Both the position numbers and the translations under genes were made by a program. From IMG/VR virus record IMGVR_UViG_3300037418_004082: a stretch of DNA of 64,000 nucleotides, one strand, 5' to 3'. The stretch comes from a virus. Below are positions 8,733 through 17,462 of the stretch, one piece after another. Under the pieces are notes generated by a model that was not told the DNA's origin, did not search any database, and worked only from the letters and a program-made list of their open reading frames with translations. Each line of letters starts with the position of its first letter. Within the stretch, counting starts at the first letter, position 1.

Positions 8733-9509
8733 ATGGCCGACATCAAGCCCCAGCTCATGTCCGACGCGCACGCCATCGTTCGCCAGCACCGCTCGTCGGG
8801 CGGTGACCTGAACGAGTTGGTGGCGAAGCACGCGAACGAAAAGAGCTACAACGACCTGGTCACGCAGAACCTGGTCTGCCTCGTGAACCGCCACGGCTTC
8901 AAGATGGCCATGGAACACGAGCGCAAGGACGAGCCCGTGCTGGCCGACGCCGCGGTGGTGAAGCTCGCCCGGCATCGCCTCGCCAACGGCAGCGCGGAGC
9001 CAGTGAAGAGCGCGAGCCTCGCGGTGCCCCTCGTGTCCCAGCGCGCCCGCGACCTGAACCTGGGCAGCTTCAGCACCACGACCAAGTCCGCGGCGTTCGT
9101 GATGACGCCGGGCCTGATCGCGCACCTCAACACGGGCCGGCTGACCGCGGAGAGCGGGATCAAGCAGGCGAACGCGGAGCTGCGCCGCGTCCTGGAGCGC
9201 ATGCAGGGCGACGCCAAGCGCCTCAAGACCCTGGGCGTCGAGAAGCAGGCCGTCTGGCAGCAGATGCTGGCCGACGCGGGCGAGGAGCTGGCGTCCGTCA
9301 TCGAACCCGTGATGGACAAGACCGCGGCCGTGCAAGCCTTCCACACCCGCAAGGACCTGGAGATGCTGGTGCCTGCCGCCCTGGGCAACTTCGAGCGTAT
9401 GAAGCGCGACGCCGCGCACGCCGTGAAGGTCGCCGGCATCTTGAGCCAGTTGCAGACGGAACTGGCGGCCATCAAGCAGGACCTCGAAACCGCGAAGCAA
9501 GGAGTGTAG
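8733..9509 (+). CDS. Putative head/core protein with K-x-A motifs
   Basis: AGGAGA SD, MADIKPQL; VKSAS, TKSAA, DKTAA. Confidence 0.65.
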   Translation: MADIKPQLMSDAHAIVRQHRSSGGDLNELVAKHANEKSYNDLVTQNLVCLVNRHGFKMAMEHERKDEPVLADAAVVKLARHRLANGSAEPVKSASLAVPLVSQRARDLNLGSFSTTTKSAAFVMTPGLIAHLNTGRLTAESGIKQANAELRRVLERMQGDAKRLKTLGVEKQAVWQQMLADAGEELASVIEPVMDKTAAVQAFHTRKDLEMLVPAALGNFERMKRDAAHAVKVAGILSQLQTELAAIKQDLETAKQGV

Positions 9510-9515
9510 CGCGCC

Positions 9516-9962
9516 ATGTCGTTTTTCAACGCCCCCACGCACGTCGGCATCAGCCCCAACATGCTGCCCAACGGCGCGAACGGTCACTTCTTGCGCAACT
9601 TCGGCGTGCTCGCCGCGGGCGCCCTGGGCTTGAGCGCCGTCAACCACGTGGTCGGCCAGCGTCAGATCGGCGCGTCGTTCGACACGATGTTGCAGCGCTA
9701 CCCGGAACTGGGCCAGGAGAACCCCGACCGCGTACGTCAACTCTTCTCGTCGATCTCGAACGCCGCGCCCGACGTCGCGAAGGATCCTACCGTGACGGGC
9801 AGCTTGATCAAGAAGATGCTCAACTACGACGGCATCGATCACGCGACGTACATGGAGCTGGTCAAGACGCAGGAGTCGTTCACGAAGAACCGCAACAACC
9901 AGCTCTCGCCCATGACGTCGCTCCTGGGCCCCGCGGTGGAGTTCTCGCGCCACCTGTACTAG
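9516..9962 (+). CDS. Putative head-associated protein with one hydrophobic segment
   Basis: FGVLAAGALGLSAV followed by a helical domain; in the head operon. Confidence 0.6.
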   Translation: MSFFNAPTHVGISPNMLPNGANGHFLRNFGVLAAGALGLSAVNHVVGQRQIGASFDTMLQRYPELGQENPDRVRQLFSSISNAAPDVAKDPTVTGSLIKKMLNYDGIDHATYMELVKTQESFTKNRNNQLSPMTSLLGPAVEFSRHLY

Positions 9963-9994
9963 GGCACGTTTGGGTCGGTTTTCGGATTCCGGCT

Positions 9995-10001
9995 GATAAT
10001 T
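9995..10001 (+). promoter_or_regulatory. Candidate late promoter GATAATT
   Basis: GGCTGATAATT, 41 nt upstream of 10043. Confidence 0.6.
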
Positions 10002-10042
10002 TCCGTGAATCCGACGACCCCATTGATGGAGGCGAAAACCAC

Positions 10043-11314
10043 ATGTTCGACGCTTACGACGCTTACTTGGCCATGCAGCAGAAGCAGGCCGCCGACGCTC
10101 TGGTCCCCGGTCAGGTGGGCATGGGCCCGACGCCCGGCGTCACCGGCATGCTCGACTCCGACGGTGGCGCCGCGGAGAACTCGGCCATCGCCAACCAGCG
10201 CGCCGCCATCCAGGAAGCCGCGCTGATCCAGGGCAACGCCGATGCCGGCGCCGGCTACTCGACGCCCCCGGCGGCCCAGAGCCCCTCGCTGCAGATGGAG
10301 AACGACGTCAAGGCCGCGTTCGTCATCGACCACGCGATCAACATGGCCGAGGACATGTACCTCGACTGGAAGCTGTCGAAGGTCGCCGCGACCGACGAGC
10401 AGAAGGCTCACGCCAAGGCCGTCATGAAGGCCAACCTCGCCGGCCCCGAGCGCTCCTACGGCGCCCACAACCGCGGCACGGCCCCCACCGGCTACCAGCA
10501 GGTGCAGTCGGCGATGGAGTCCGCGCACGCCAACGCGTTCCCCAACCAGAACGCCGGCCGCCCCGCCGTCCTGGGCAACGGCCCGCAGCAGCTCGAAGGG
10601 CTGGAGCGCCTGGCCGCGACGATGGGCCCCGACCACGGCCCCAACCTGGCGCAGCGCGCCGGTGCCGCCCTGGCCGGTCTGCCCGCGAAGGCGTGGAGCG
10701 CCATCAACCACAACACCGCCACCCGCGCGGGCGCGGCCGGCGTCGCCGCCCTGGGTGCTGCCGGCGCGGGTTACGCCGCGGCGCAGAGCCAGAAGGCCGC
10801 CTCGTTCAACGGCTACACGCTGCAGAGCCCCCTGAAGCAGACCCTGGGCCGCCGTGCCATGGGCATCGTGGACGGCGCCACCCAGACCGTGCAGAACATC
10901 GCCTCCAACGTCTCGCTGCCCCAGGTTGCGGGCGCGGCGATGCTGGCCGGCGGTGGTGCGGCGGCGGGCTACGCCGCGGCGCAGAACACCGACCTGGACA
11001 AGGCGGCCTCCGTGCTGGGCCAGGCTCGCGACATGGCGGTGGCCGGCTACGGTCGGGCGCGCCAGGCGGCGGGCTCCGCCTACGGCACCGCGGCGGAGTT
11101 CGTGAACGACCACCAGTTCGCGGCCGGCGCCGCGGCGGGTGTGGGCGCGGGCGTCGCCGGCCAGATGGCCGCGCAGGCCGCTGCCCAGCAGATGGGCCTG
11201 GCCCGTCCGCAGAACCCCAGCCTGGCGGCCCAGAAGGAAGCCTCGCTGGCCTACGCGGAGAACGCCGGCATCGAGTTCGCGCTGGCCTACTTGAACGGCC
11301 AGGTCAAGCTCTAA
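10043..11314 (+). CDS. Ala/Gly-rich putative internal head (ejection/core) protein
   Basis: N-terminus MFDAYDAYLAMQQKQAA; motifs KVAA, KAAS, KEAS; repeated AGYAAAQ glycine-zipper segments. Confidence 0.7.
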   Translation: MFDAYDAYLAMQQKQAADALVPGQVGMGPTPGVTGMLDSDGGAAENSAIANQRAAIQEAALIQGNADAGAGYSTPPAAQSPSLQMENDVKAAFVIDHAINMAEDMYLDWKLSKVAATDEQKAHAKAVMKANLAGPERSYGAHNRGTAPTGYQQVQSAMESAHANAFPNQNAGRPAVLGNGPQQLEGLERLAATMGPDHGPNLAQRAGAALAGLPAKAWSAINHNTATRAGAAGVAALGAAGAGYAAAQSQKAASFNGYTLQSPLKQTLGRRAMGIVDGATQTVQNIASNVSLPQVAGAAMLAGGGAAAGYAAAQNTDLDKAASVLGQARDMAVAGYGRARQAAGSAYGTAAEFVNDHQFAAGAAAGVGAGVAGQMAAQAAAQQMGLARPQNPSLAAQKEASLAYAENAGIEFALAYLNGQVKL

Positions 11315-11336
11315 GCAGCGACCCGGGCACACGTCG

Positions 11337-11374
11337 GGGCGCGTGGGTTGACTCGTTCGACCCACGCGCCCTTT
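11337..11374 (+). terminator. Intrinsic terminator
   Basis: GGGCGCGTGGGT...ACCCACGCGCCC followed by TTT. Confidence 0.6.
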
Positions 11375-11391
11375 CACAGTGAGGCAGCACC

Positions 11392-11775
11392 ATGGCTGGA
11401 TTCTCTTTCGCGGGCCACGAAGACGACCCGATGGACGTGGTCAAGCACCCCGGCGAGGCGACCGCCGCCGGCATCGCGCACGGTGCGATGAAGGGCACCG
11501 CCCTGGGCGCGGGCCTCGGCATGCTCCACGGCATGACCGGCCGCGCCGGCATCCGCGGCACCGCCACGCGCACCCTGATCACGTCGGCCATCGGTGCCGG
11601 CGCGGGCGGCGCGCTGGGCTACCACCACGTGGACAAGAAGCGCGACGCCATCGAGCGCAGCTTCGGCAAGGTGGACCCGTTCGAGCTGCAGAAGCTCTCG
11701 CACCTGCAGGACATGTACGCCGCGGGCGTCGAGTTCGCCATCAAGGTGGCTTCCGGCGAGATCGTTCTGGAGTAG
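11392..11775 (+). CDS. Glycine-zipper protein, putative head component
   Basis: GTALGAGLG and SAIGAGAGGALG; C-terminal YAAGVEFA motif. Confidence 0.7.
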   Translation: MAGFSFAGHEDDPMDVVKHPGEATAAGIAHGAMKGTALGAGLGMLHGMTGRAGIRGTATRTLITSAIGAGAGGALGYHHVDKKRDAIERSFGKVDPFELQKLSHLQDMYAAGVEFAIKVASGEIVLE

Positions 11776-11779
11776 GACC

Positions 11780-13192
11780 ATGCACACCGACACCTCCATG
11801 GAGAAGCGTTACGCGCTGACCGACGACGCCTTCCTGGGCGCCGACGAGCAGCGCTCCGTCGTCTTGGCGGCGGGTCCGCGCGGCCTGGAGGTGGACGACC
11901 GCTTGTCGCGCGGCCAGGTGAAGACCGCGGCCGCCGAAGAAGCGATCGCGGAAGCCCTGACCATCAAGCCCGTGAAGGGCCGCATCTACCTGCTCGTCGT
12001 CGGCCTGGGCGCCCGCGAGTCGTGGGGCGACAACAACAACGGCGACGCCTTCCCGCGCAACGCCCTCCTGGGCCTGCCGCCGGCTGACGTCGTGATCGCC
12101 TTCTTCGATCGCTATAAGAGCCGCATCAAGCCGGGCTGGGGCTACAAGACCTTCCTCAAGGGTCACGTGTTCCAGGAGCACCGCAACACGAACCCGACGC
12201 TCGCGATCGGCGGCATCCACGCGACGTTCTGGAACAACCGCATGCAACGCGTCGAGAACCTCATCTGGATCGACCGCGTCAAGGGCAAGAAGTGGGCCGA
12301 TCGCGCGGACGCTGGCGGCATCGTCGGCACGTCGATGGCGTGTCGCGTGCCGTTCGATCGTTGCAGCGTGTGCGGCAACCTGGCGCCCACGCGCAACCAA
12401 TACTGCGTTCACCTGAAGCCGCGCAACCCGTTGTTCGAGCTGCGTAAGATCCGCGACGACGGCACGTCGGTCGCGATGATCAACGACTTCCCGCACTTCT
12501 TCGACGAGAGCTGCGTGGAGACACCGGCCGCGCCGGAGGCCCTGCAGATCATGAAGGTGGCCTCGGCCAACACGCTGCCGATCAAGGGCGCCGCCACCAA
12601 GCTCGCGGAGATCAAGAAGACCGGCCCCGATCTGCCGGTGGACGTGCTGTACGACGACTTCCACAGCCTATACGGCACGGAGGCGCCGATCCCGTCGATG
12701 GTCCTGGAGCAGCTCCGCCAGTACAACCTGCCGGAAGTGGTCGAGGGCTTCAAGAGCGCGGGCATGGCCTTGCGGCCCAGCGAGCTGTTCACCCTGTGCT
12801 TCGGCGATCAGGCCATCGAGCCCAAGCTGGCCTCCATCGTGGACGCGGCCGTGCTCGACGTGGAGCCCAACGGCCAGGGCGTGCACGTGGCGCAGGACAA
12901 GATGGTCATCAAGGCCGCCGGCCTCGTGAACCCGAACAACGTGGCGCGTGTCCGCCAGCTCATCGCGCCGTTCATCGAGAAGCGTTCGTACGACGAGCCG
13001 TACTTCACGAAGCGCCTGTGGCAGAGCTACACGAAGCGCGCGAGCGTGTCGCGTGTCTTCACGCCGCCCGACGAGTTGACCACCAACCTGCTGCGCGTGT
13101 ACCACGGCTTGTACAAGCACGCCTGCGGCGAGTACGGCTACGGCCTGACGCACGTGAACCGCGTGCACGAAGGCTACCACGGGAGTCTGTGA
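11780..13192 (+). CDS. Prohead (capsid maturation) protease with Zn-binding insert
   Basis: HVFQEH (catalytic His candidate), GTSMAC (Ser candidate), then CSVCGN...YCVHL; sits upstream of the scaffold and capsid genes; N-terminal VKTAAA. Confidence 0.7.
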   Translation: MHTDTSMEKRYALTDDAFLGADEQRSVVLAAGPRGLEVDDRLSRGQVKTAAAEEAIAEALTIKPVKGRIYLLVVGLGARESWGDNNNGDAFPRNALLGLPPADVVIAFFDRYKSRIKPGWGYKTFLKGHVFQEHRNTNPTLAIGGIHATFWNNRMQRVENLIWIDRVKGKKWADRADAGGIVGTSMACRVPFDRCSVCGNLAPTRNQYCVHLKPRNPLFELRKIRDDGTSVAMINDFPHFFDESCVETPAAPEALQIMKVASANTLPIKGAATKLAEIKKTGPDLPVDVLYDDFHSLYGTEAPIPSMVLEQLRQYNLPEVVEGFKSAGMALRPSELFTLCFGDQAIEPKLASIVDAAVLDVEPNGQGVHVAQDKMVIKAAGLVNPNNVARVRQLIAPFIEKRSYDEPYFTKRLWQSYTKRASVSRVFTPPDELTTNLLRVYHGLYKHACGEYGYGLTHVNRVHEGYHGSL

Positions 13193-13530
13193 TGCGCCCG
13201 ATCGACGTGTACATGACCATCAAGGCCGCGTCGAACGACGGCATGGACCCCACGCACCCTGACGTTCTGCGCCCCAAGATCGATGCCGCGAAGGACTACC
13301 TCACGCGCAACCAAGGTCACATGGCGCACTCGGCCGCCAACAACGTGCTTTACGGCCTGCTCTCCAACCCGCGTGGCGTGGGCCCGGCGTCGATCCTTGG
13401 GTCGAGCACGGGCGGCGTCCTCGACGGCATGCTCATGCGTCCGGTGACGGATGCCGGGATCGAGTTGGTGGGGCGCGGTTTGCGAAAGTTCTATGGTTTG
13501 GGCGAGAAAACAGCGTCCGTCGATAATTAA
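13192..13530 (+). CDS. Small putative internal head protein with MRP tag (112 aa)
   Basis: TGATG overlap with the protease; MRPIDVYMTIKAAS, ends EKTASVDN. Confidence 0.7.
   Translation: MRPIDVYMTIKAASNDGMDPTHPDVLRPKIDAAKDYLTRNQGHMAHSAANNVLYGLLSNPRGVGPASILGSSTGGVLDGMLMRPVTDAGIELVGRGLRKFYGLGEKTASVDN
13522..13528 (+). promoter_or_regulatory. Candidate late promoter GATAATT
   Basis: 23 nt upstream of 13552. Confidence 0.6.
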
Positions 13531-13551
13531 CTTGGCAAAGGAGGAACGTCA

Positions 13552-14124
13552 ATGTCCGGCACCGCTTACCTGCAAACCCTGATCGCCCAACTCGCCGACG
13601 GCCCGACCACCACGAAGGTCGCTGCCGAGGACGAAGATAAGAAGGGCGACAAGAAGAAGTCCGACAGCAAGGACGACGACAAGAAGGGCGGTCGCGCGTT
13701 CTTCGAGAAGATGCGCGGCAAGAAGGACGACGACAAGAAGAAGTCGGACGACAAGGACAAGGACGAGAAGGAGAAGAAGGCGAACCAGGATGCCGTCCTG
13801 GCCATGATCGCCGACCTCCCCGACGATCTCAAGAAGCTGGCCGCCGCGCAGGCGGAGTCCGAGTTCCTCCTCGAACTGGCCCAGATGAACGCCGGCCTGA
13901 CGGTCCAGAAGCAAGCCTCCGCCCAGGCGCCCGCTCTCGACGAGCGCGTCCTGTTCAACGCCGCCTACGAGGAGCACACCGCCAAGCTCGCGGCCCTCGA
14001 CCCGGAGTACGGCGCGGCGCTCGACGCCCAGCAGGAGAAGATGGCCTTCAACCAGGGCTTCAACGACACCCTGGCGGCCATCAAGGCGGGCGTCAACCCG
14101 TTCGCCGCGTTCGCGGGGCAGTAG
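13552..14124 (+). CDS. Putative scaffold/core protein, paralog 1, with Lys/Asp-rich tract
   Basis: KVAA, a K/D low-complexity region, and the KLAALDPEY domain. Confidence 0.65.
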   Translation: MSGTAYLQTLIAQLADGPTTTKVAAEDEDKKGDKKKSDSKDDDKKGGRAFFEKMRGKKDDDKKKSDDKDKDEKEKKANQDAVLAMIADLPDDLKKLAAAQAESEFLLELAQMNAGLTVQKQASAQAPALDERVLFNAAYEEHTAKLAALDPEYGAALDAQQEKMAFNQGFNDTLAAIKAGVNPFAAFAGQ

Positions 14125-14126
14125 CC

Positions 14127-14360
14127 ATGCACTACGAGCAGGCCGTCGCCCAGAACGCCTTCTGGGACACCTTGATCCAGCAGAAGCAGGCCGCCGTCCA
14201 GGATGCCTTCTTCCAGGATCTCTTCACCGCAACGGTGGAGAACCACACCGAGAAGCTCGCCGCGCTCGACCCGGAGTACGCTGCGGCCCTCGATCAAGAG
14301 CAGCAGAAGCAGGCGTTCCTGCAGGGCTTCAACGCCGTGCTCCAGAACGCCGCCGTCTAA
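14127..14360 (+). CDS. Putative scaffold/core protein, paralog 2
   Basis: KQAAVQ...HTEKLAALDPEY...AFLQGF. Confidence 0.7.
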   Translation: MHYEQAVAQNAFWDTLIQQKQAAVQDAFFQDLFTATVENHTEKLAALDPEYAAALDQEQQKQAFLQGFNAVLQNAAV

Positions 14361-14378
14361 GGGGAGCAAAGAGCCACC

Positions 14379-14630
14379 ATGTCCACCTTCTTCACCTCGT
14401 TGATGCAGCAGTACCAGGCCCAGGTCGAGCAGGAGAAGCAAGCTGCCGTCCAGGAGGCGGAAGCGTCTGCCGACCTGTTCGACGGCGTCTTCTACGACCA
14501 CACGGCCAAGCTGGCCGCGCTGGACCCGGAGTACGCCGCGCACCTGGAGAGCGAGCACCAGAAGGCCGCTGCGTTCCAGGCGGGCTTCGACGCCGTGATC
14601 GCGCAGGCCCAGCAGTTCGGGGTGCAGTAG
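14379..14630 (+). CDS. Putative scaffold/core protein, paralog 3
   Basis: KQAAVQ...HTAKLAALDPEY...AFQAGF. Confidence 0.7.
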   Translation: MSTFFTSLMQQYQAQVEQEKQAAVQEAEASADLFDGVFYDHTAKLAALDPEYAAHLESEHQKAAAFQAGFDAVIAQAQQFGVQ

Positions 14631-14631
14631 C

Positions 14632-14844
14632 ATGCCGCGCTCCTGGGCCGAAGAGCGCGCCCAGCTCCTCGACGACGCGCAGACCCTGTTGAAGGAGGCC
14701 AAGGCCACCTTCGAGCAGGTGCTGCCGGCGATGGAGCAGAACACGCTCGACCCGCAAGCGTTGATCCTGCAGAAGCAGGCCACCATCTTCAAGAACCTGA
14801 AGAAGGCGGAGCTGTGGCAGACGCTCGGAAACCCGCAGGCGTAG
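14632..14844 (+). CDS. Small helical head-module protein
   Basis: Closely coupled ORF containing QKQAT. Confidence 0.6.
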   Translation: MPRSWAEERAQLLDDAQTLLKEAKATFEQVLPAMEQNTLDPQALILQKQATIFKNLKKAELWQTLGNPQA

Positions 14845-14848
14845 CGCG

Positions 14849-15784
14849 ATGTCCGTCGGGTCGGAGCTGCATGGCCTGATCGTCAACCCCGGGAACTCCA
14901 GTTTGGTGCTCGGGGCCCTTCACCATGCCGCTTACCGTCCCGCCAACTACGCCTTCGGCCGGCTCACCGGTGGCCGCCAGCTCTGGCGCGGGCTCTCGCC
15001 GGAGACCTGGGGCGCCGCCGTCGCGAAGGCCGGCGAGAAGGTGGACTACGGCATCGGCACGCTCACGGGAGCGCAGCGCAACGAGGCCATCACGCTCCAG
15101 AAGGATCACCTGGCTCGCATCAAGCAGCACGTGGAGTCCCTGGAAGCGAACCCGCACACGGCCGTGCGTGGTCAAGAACTACGACGTCAATTCGACGAGG
15201 TGATCGCGAAGCACCACAGCCCCAACGAGACGCTGAACTCGGTCTTGCAGCACCACACGTCGAACGACGACTACAAGATCACGTTGCACGACGTGAAGTT
15301 GCCCAGCGCGACTGGAGAAGTTGGCAAGACCATCAAGAACATCGGCACCGACGCTGCCGCGCTCTACGGGTCAGCCGAACTGGTGAACCGCATCAACCGC
15401 GTCGCATCCCAACCGTCGGAGGAGAACAAGCCCATGAGCAGCACCGCCCAGGCCATCAAGGAAGCCATCGAGAAGCTGGAGAAGGCCGCCGCGCTGCTGG
15501 CCGACATCCCGAAGCGCGACGCGGCTTACAAGCAGGCGTCGGAGCTGCATCACGACGGCGCGATCGCGGAGCACGAGGTGGCGAAGTACGCCTCGCTGTT
15601 CTACGACAGCCCCGATCACGTGGACACGATCGTGTCGTCCCTGGCACGTCAAAACGACGAGACCAAGTCCGCTCGCATGGGCGAGGTCGTGACGGACGGC
15701 AACGCGAAGTCCGCGAACGCGCGTGGCGAAGGTGGTCGCTACGCGTCCTTCGATCAATTCTGCCTGAATGGTGGCGGTCGATAG
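14849..15784 (+). CDS. Putative scaffold protein, possibly with an internal start at 15434
   Basis: Coiled-coil C-terminal half with EKAAA, YKQAS, AKYAS, TKSAR; directly upstream of the decoration and capsid genes. Confidence 0.6.
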   Translation: MSVGSELHGLIVNPGNSSLVLGALHHAAYRPANYAFGRLTGGRQLWRGLSPETWGAAVAKAGEKVDYGIGTLTGAQRNEAITLQKDHLARIKQHVESLEANPHTAVRGQELRRQFDEVIAKHHSPNETLNSVLQHHTSNDDYKITLHDVKLPSATGEVGKTIKNIGTDAAALYGSAELVNRINRVASQPSEENKPMSSTAQAIKEAIEKLEKAAALLADIPKRDAAYKQASELHHDGAIAEHEVAKYASLFYDSPDHVDTIVSSLARQNDETKSARMGEVVTDGNAKSANARGEGGRYASFDQFCLNGGGR

Positions 15785-15805
15785 GATCAAATTCACGAAA
15801 CGGCT

Positions 15806-15812
15806 GATAATT
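15806..15812 (+). promoter_or_regulatory. Candidate late promoter GATAATT
   Basis: CGGCTGATAATT, 28 nt upstream of 15841. Confidence 0.65.
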
Positions 15813-15840
15813 CCCTCGACGATGTAAGGAGATGAATCCT

Positions 15841-16380
15841 ATGGCGAACGTGAGCTTCGGCAAGCCGGGTCAGGCGCGCAAGACTTTCAAGGACAAGAAG
15901 TTCGAGCTGCAGGGCGGCAACTGGTTCCGCAACCCGTGCCCGTTGGTGGCCGGCTTCGACCTGGCGAACTTCCTCAAGGACGGCATGTTCCTCGCGCCGG
16001 CCGCGGGTGGCAAGTTCGACGTCGCCGCCGACGCCGACCGCTCGGCCTACATGATCTTCACCGCGAACAGCGAGGTGATCATCCAGCAGCCCACGTCGGC
16101 CGACGACTTCCCCGGCCGCGAGCTGTCGGACACCCCGACCGGCCTGGGCGGCCCCATCCTGGGCATCTGGCCCATCGAGCTGCTGCACACCGGCGCTCGT
16201 GGCACCGCCACCGTCAACCTGGCGTCCTACGCGGTCAACACCAAGCTGACCATCGTGAACGGTCGCCTCTGCCCGGCCAACGTGGGTGGCATCTCGACCG
16301 ACAAGGTCGTGGGCTACGTCGAGGCCGACTCGTCCAGCACGGGCACCAACTCGGTGCAGTGCCGCCTCAACCTGTCCTAA
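15841..16380 (+). CDS. Head decoration/cement protein
   Basis: 179-aa beta-rich protein immediately before the major capsid gene, very strong codon bias. Confidence 0.6.
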   Translation: MANVSFGKPGQARKTFKDKKFELQGGNWFRNPCPLVAGFDLANFLKDGMFLAPAAGGKFDVAADADRSAYMIFTANSEVIIQQPTSADDFPGRELSDTPTGLGGPILGIWPIELLHTGARGTATVNLASYAVNTKLTIVNGRLCPANVGGISTDKVVGYVEADSSSTGTNSVQCRLNLS

Positions 16381-16407
16381 GCCCGCGCTGGGAGGAGTAG
16401 AAACGCC

Positions 16408-17355
16408 ATGAGCAGCACCTACGAGCAGTACACCATCCAGGAGATCAAGGCCATCAACGCTGGTTTCATCAACCAGCTCCGTGAGGGCCAGGAGTCGCAG
16501 GAGAAGGCCGCTTCCGCCATCAAGGAAGAGCTGATCCTGACGATCCTCCGCGAAGACGGCGTGTCGCGCCGCCTGATCCCCCTGCGTCCGACCTCCAACG
16601 CGGAGCTGACGCCCGACGCCGCGAACCCGGATGTCCCCGCCATGATGGTCCCCGTCGAGCCGGTGATGAACGAGTACCTGGCGACGAACGTGGACTTCAT
16701 GCAGCCCAGCAAGGAAGTCTGGTTCCGGTCGAACGTCGCGTTCATCTACTTCAAGGTGATCAAGTCGAAGACGGTCACCCTGACGGAGATGCAGCTCCTG
16801 GCGAACAACTTCCCCATCCGCTCGTACATCGAGTCGGTGGCGAAGAACGACATCCTCGTCGTCGAGGACATGAGCCTGATGGACGCCATCGAGCGTTCGG
16901 TGGCGAAGTTCCCCGGCACCAACGTGCTGTCGTCCGCCGGCCCCCTGACCAAGGACACCATCGCCGAGGGCAAGAAGGCGATGACCCGCAACCGCCTCGA
17001 CCTGGACCTCATCGTCCTGAACGAGATCACGTACGCGGACATCCTGAAGTGGAACTCGTCCGAGGTCGGTTCGATCATCGAGGCCGACATCATCGAGCAC
17101 GGTCCGAAGGGCCAGCAGGGCAACTACCGCTCGTGGCTGGGCTACAAGTGGGTGACCACGATCAACGAGGACGTGATCCCGGAGAACGTGATCTACTACC
17201 TGCCGCCCCAGCGCTACCTGGGCAACGGGTACATCCTCTCGGAGGCCGAGCAGTTCCTGGAGTTCCGCGAGGGCATCCTGCGCACCAACACGCGCGAGAT
17301 CATCGCCCGCGGCATCCTGAACCCCCGCGGCCCGATCAAGCACAACCTGACCTAA
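16408..17355 (+). CDS. Major capsid protein (HK97-fold)
   Basis: 315 aa, extreme GC3 bias, position after protease/scaffold/decoration; pattern EDMSLM...LDLDLIVLNEITYADILKW...WLGYKWVTTI. Confidence 0.8.
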   Translation: MSSTYEQYTIQEIKAINAGFINQLREGQESQEKAASAIKEELILTILREDGVSRRLIPLRPTSNAELTPDAANPDVPAMMVPVEPVMNEYLATNVDFMQPSKEVWFRSNVAFIYFKVIKSKTVTLTEMQLLANNFPIRSYIESVAKNDILVVEDMSLMDAIERSVAKFPGTNVLSSAGPLTKDTIAEGKKAMTRNRLDLDLIVLNEITYADILKWNSSEVGSIIEADIIEHGPKGQQGNYRSWLGYKWVTTINEDVIPENVIYYLPPQRYLGNGYILSEAEQFLEFREGILRTNTREIIARGILNPRGPIKHNLT

Positions 17356-17375
17356 GAGGCCGTCGCCTCGACGGA

Positions 17376-17418
17376 CTGACAACTGGCGGTCTTTCGACTA
17401 TAATGGTCGGAAGACCGC
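17376..17418 (+). promoter_or_regulatory. Overlapping terminator hairpin and sigma70-type promoter
   Basis: CTGACA-17 nt-TATAAT; the -10 is the loop of the stem GCGGTCTTTCGAC/GTCGGAAGACCGC, followed by a T-rich tract. Confidence 0.55.
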
Positions 17419-17462
17419 TCGTTTGTTTCGCATCCCACCCGCATCACAAGGAGACCCATCGA

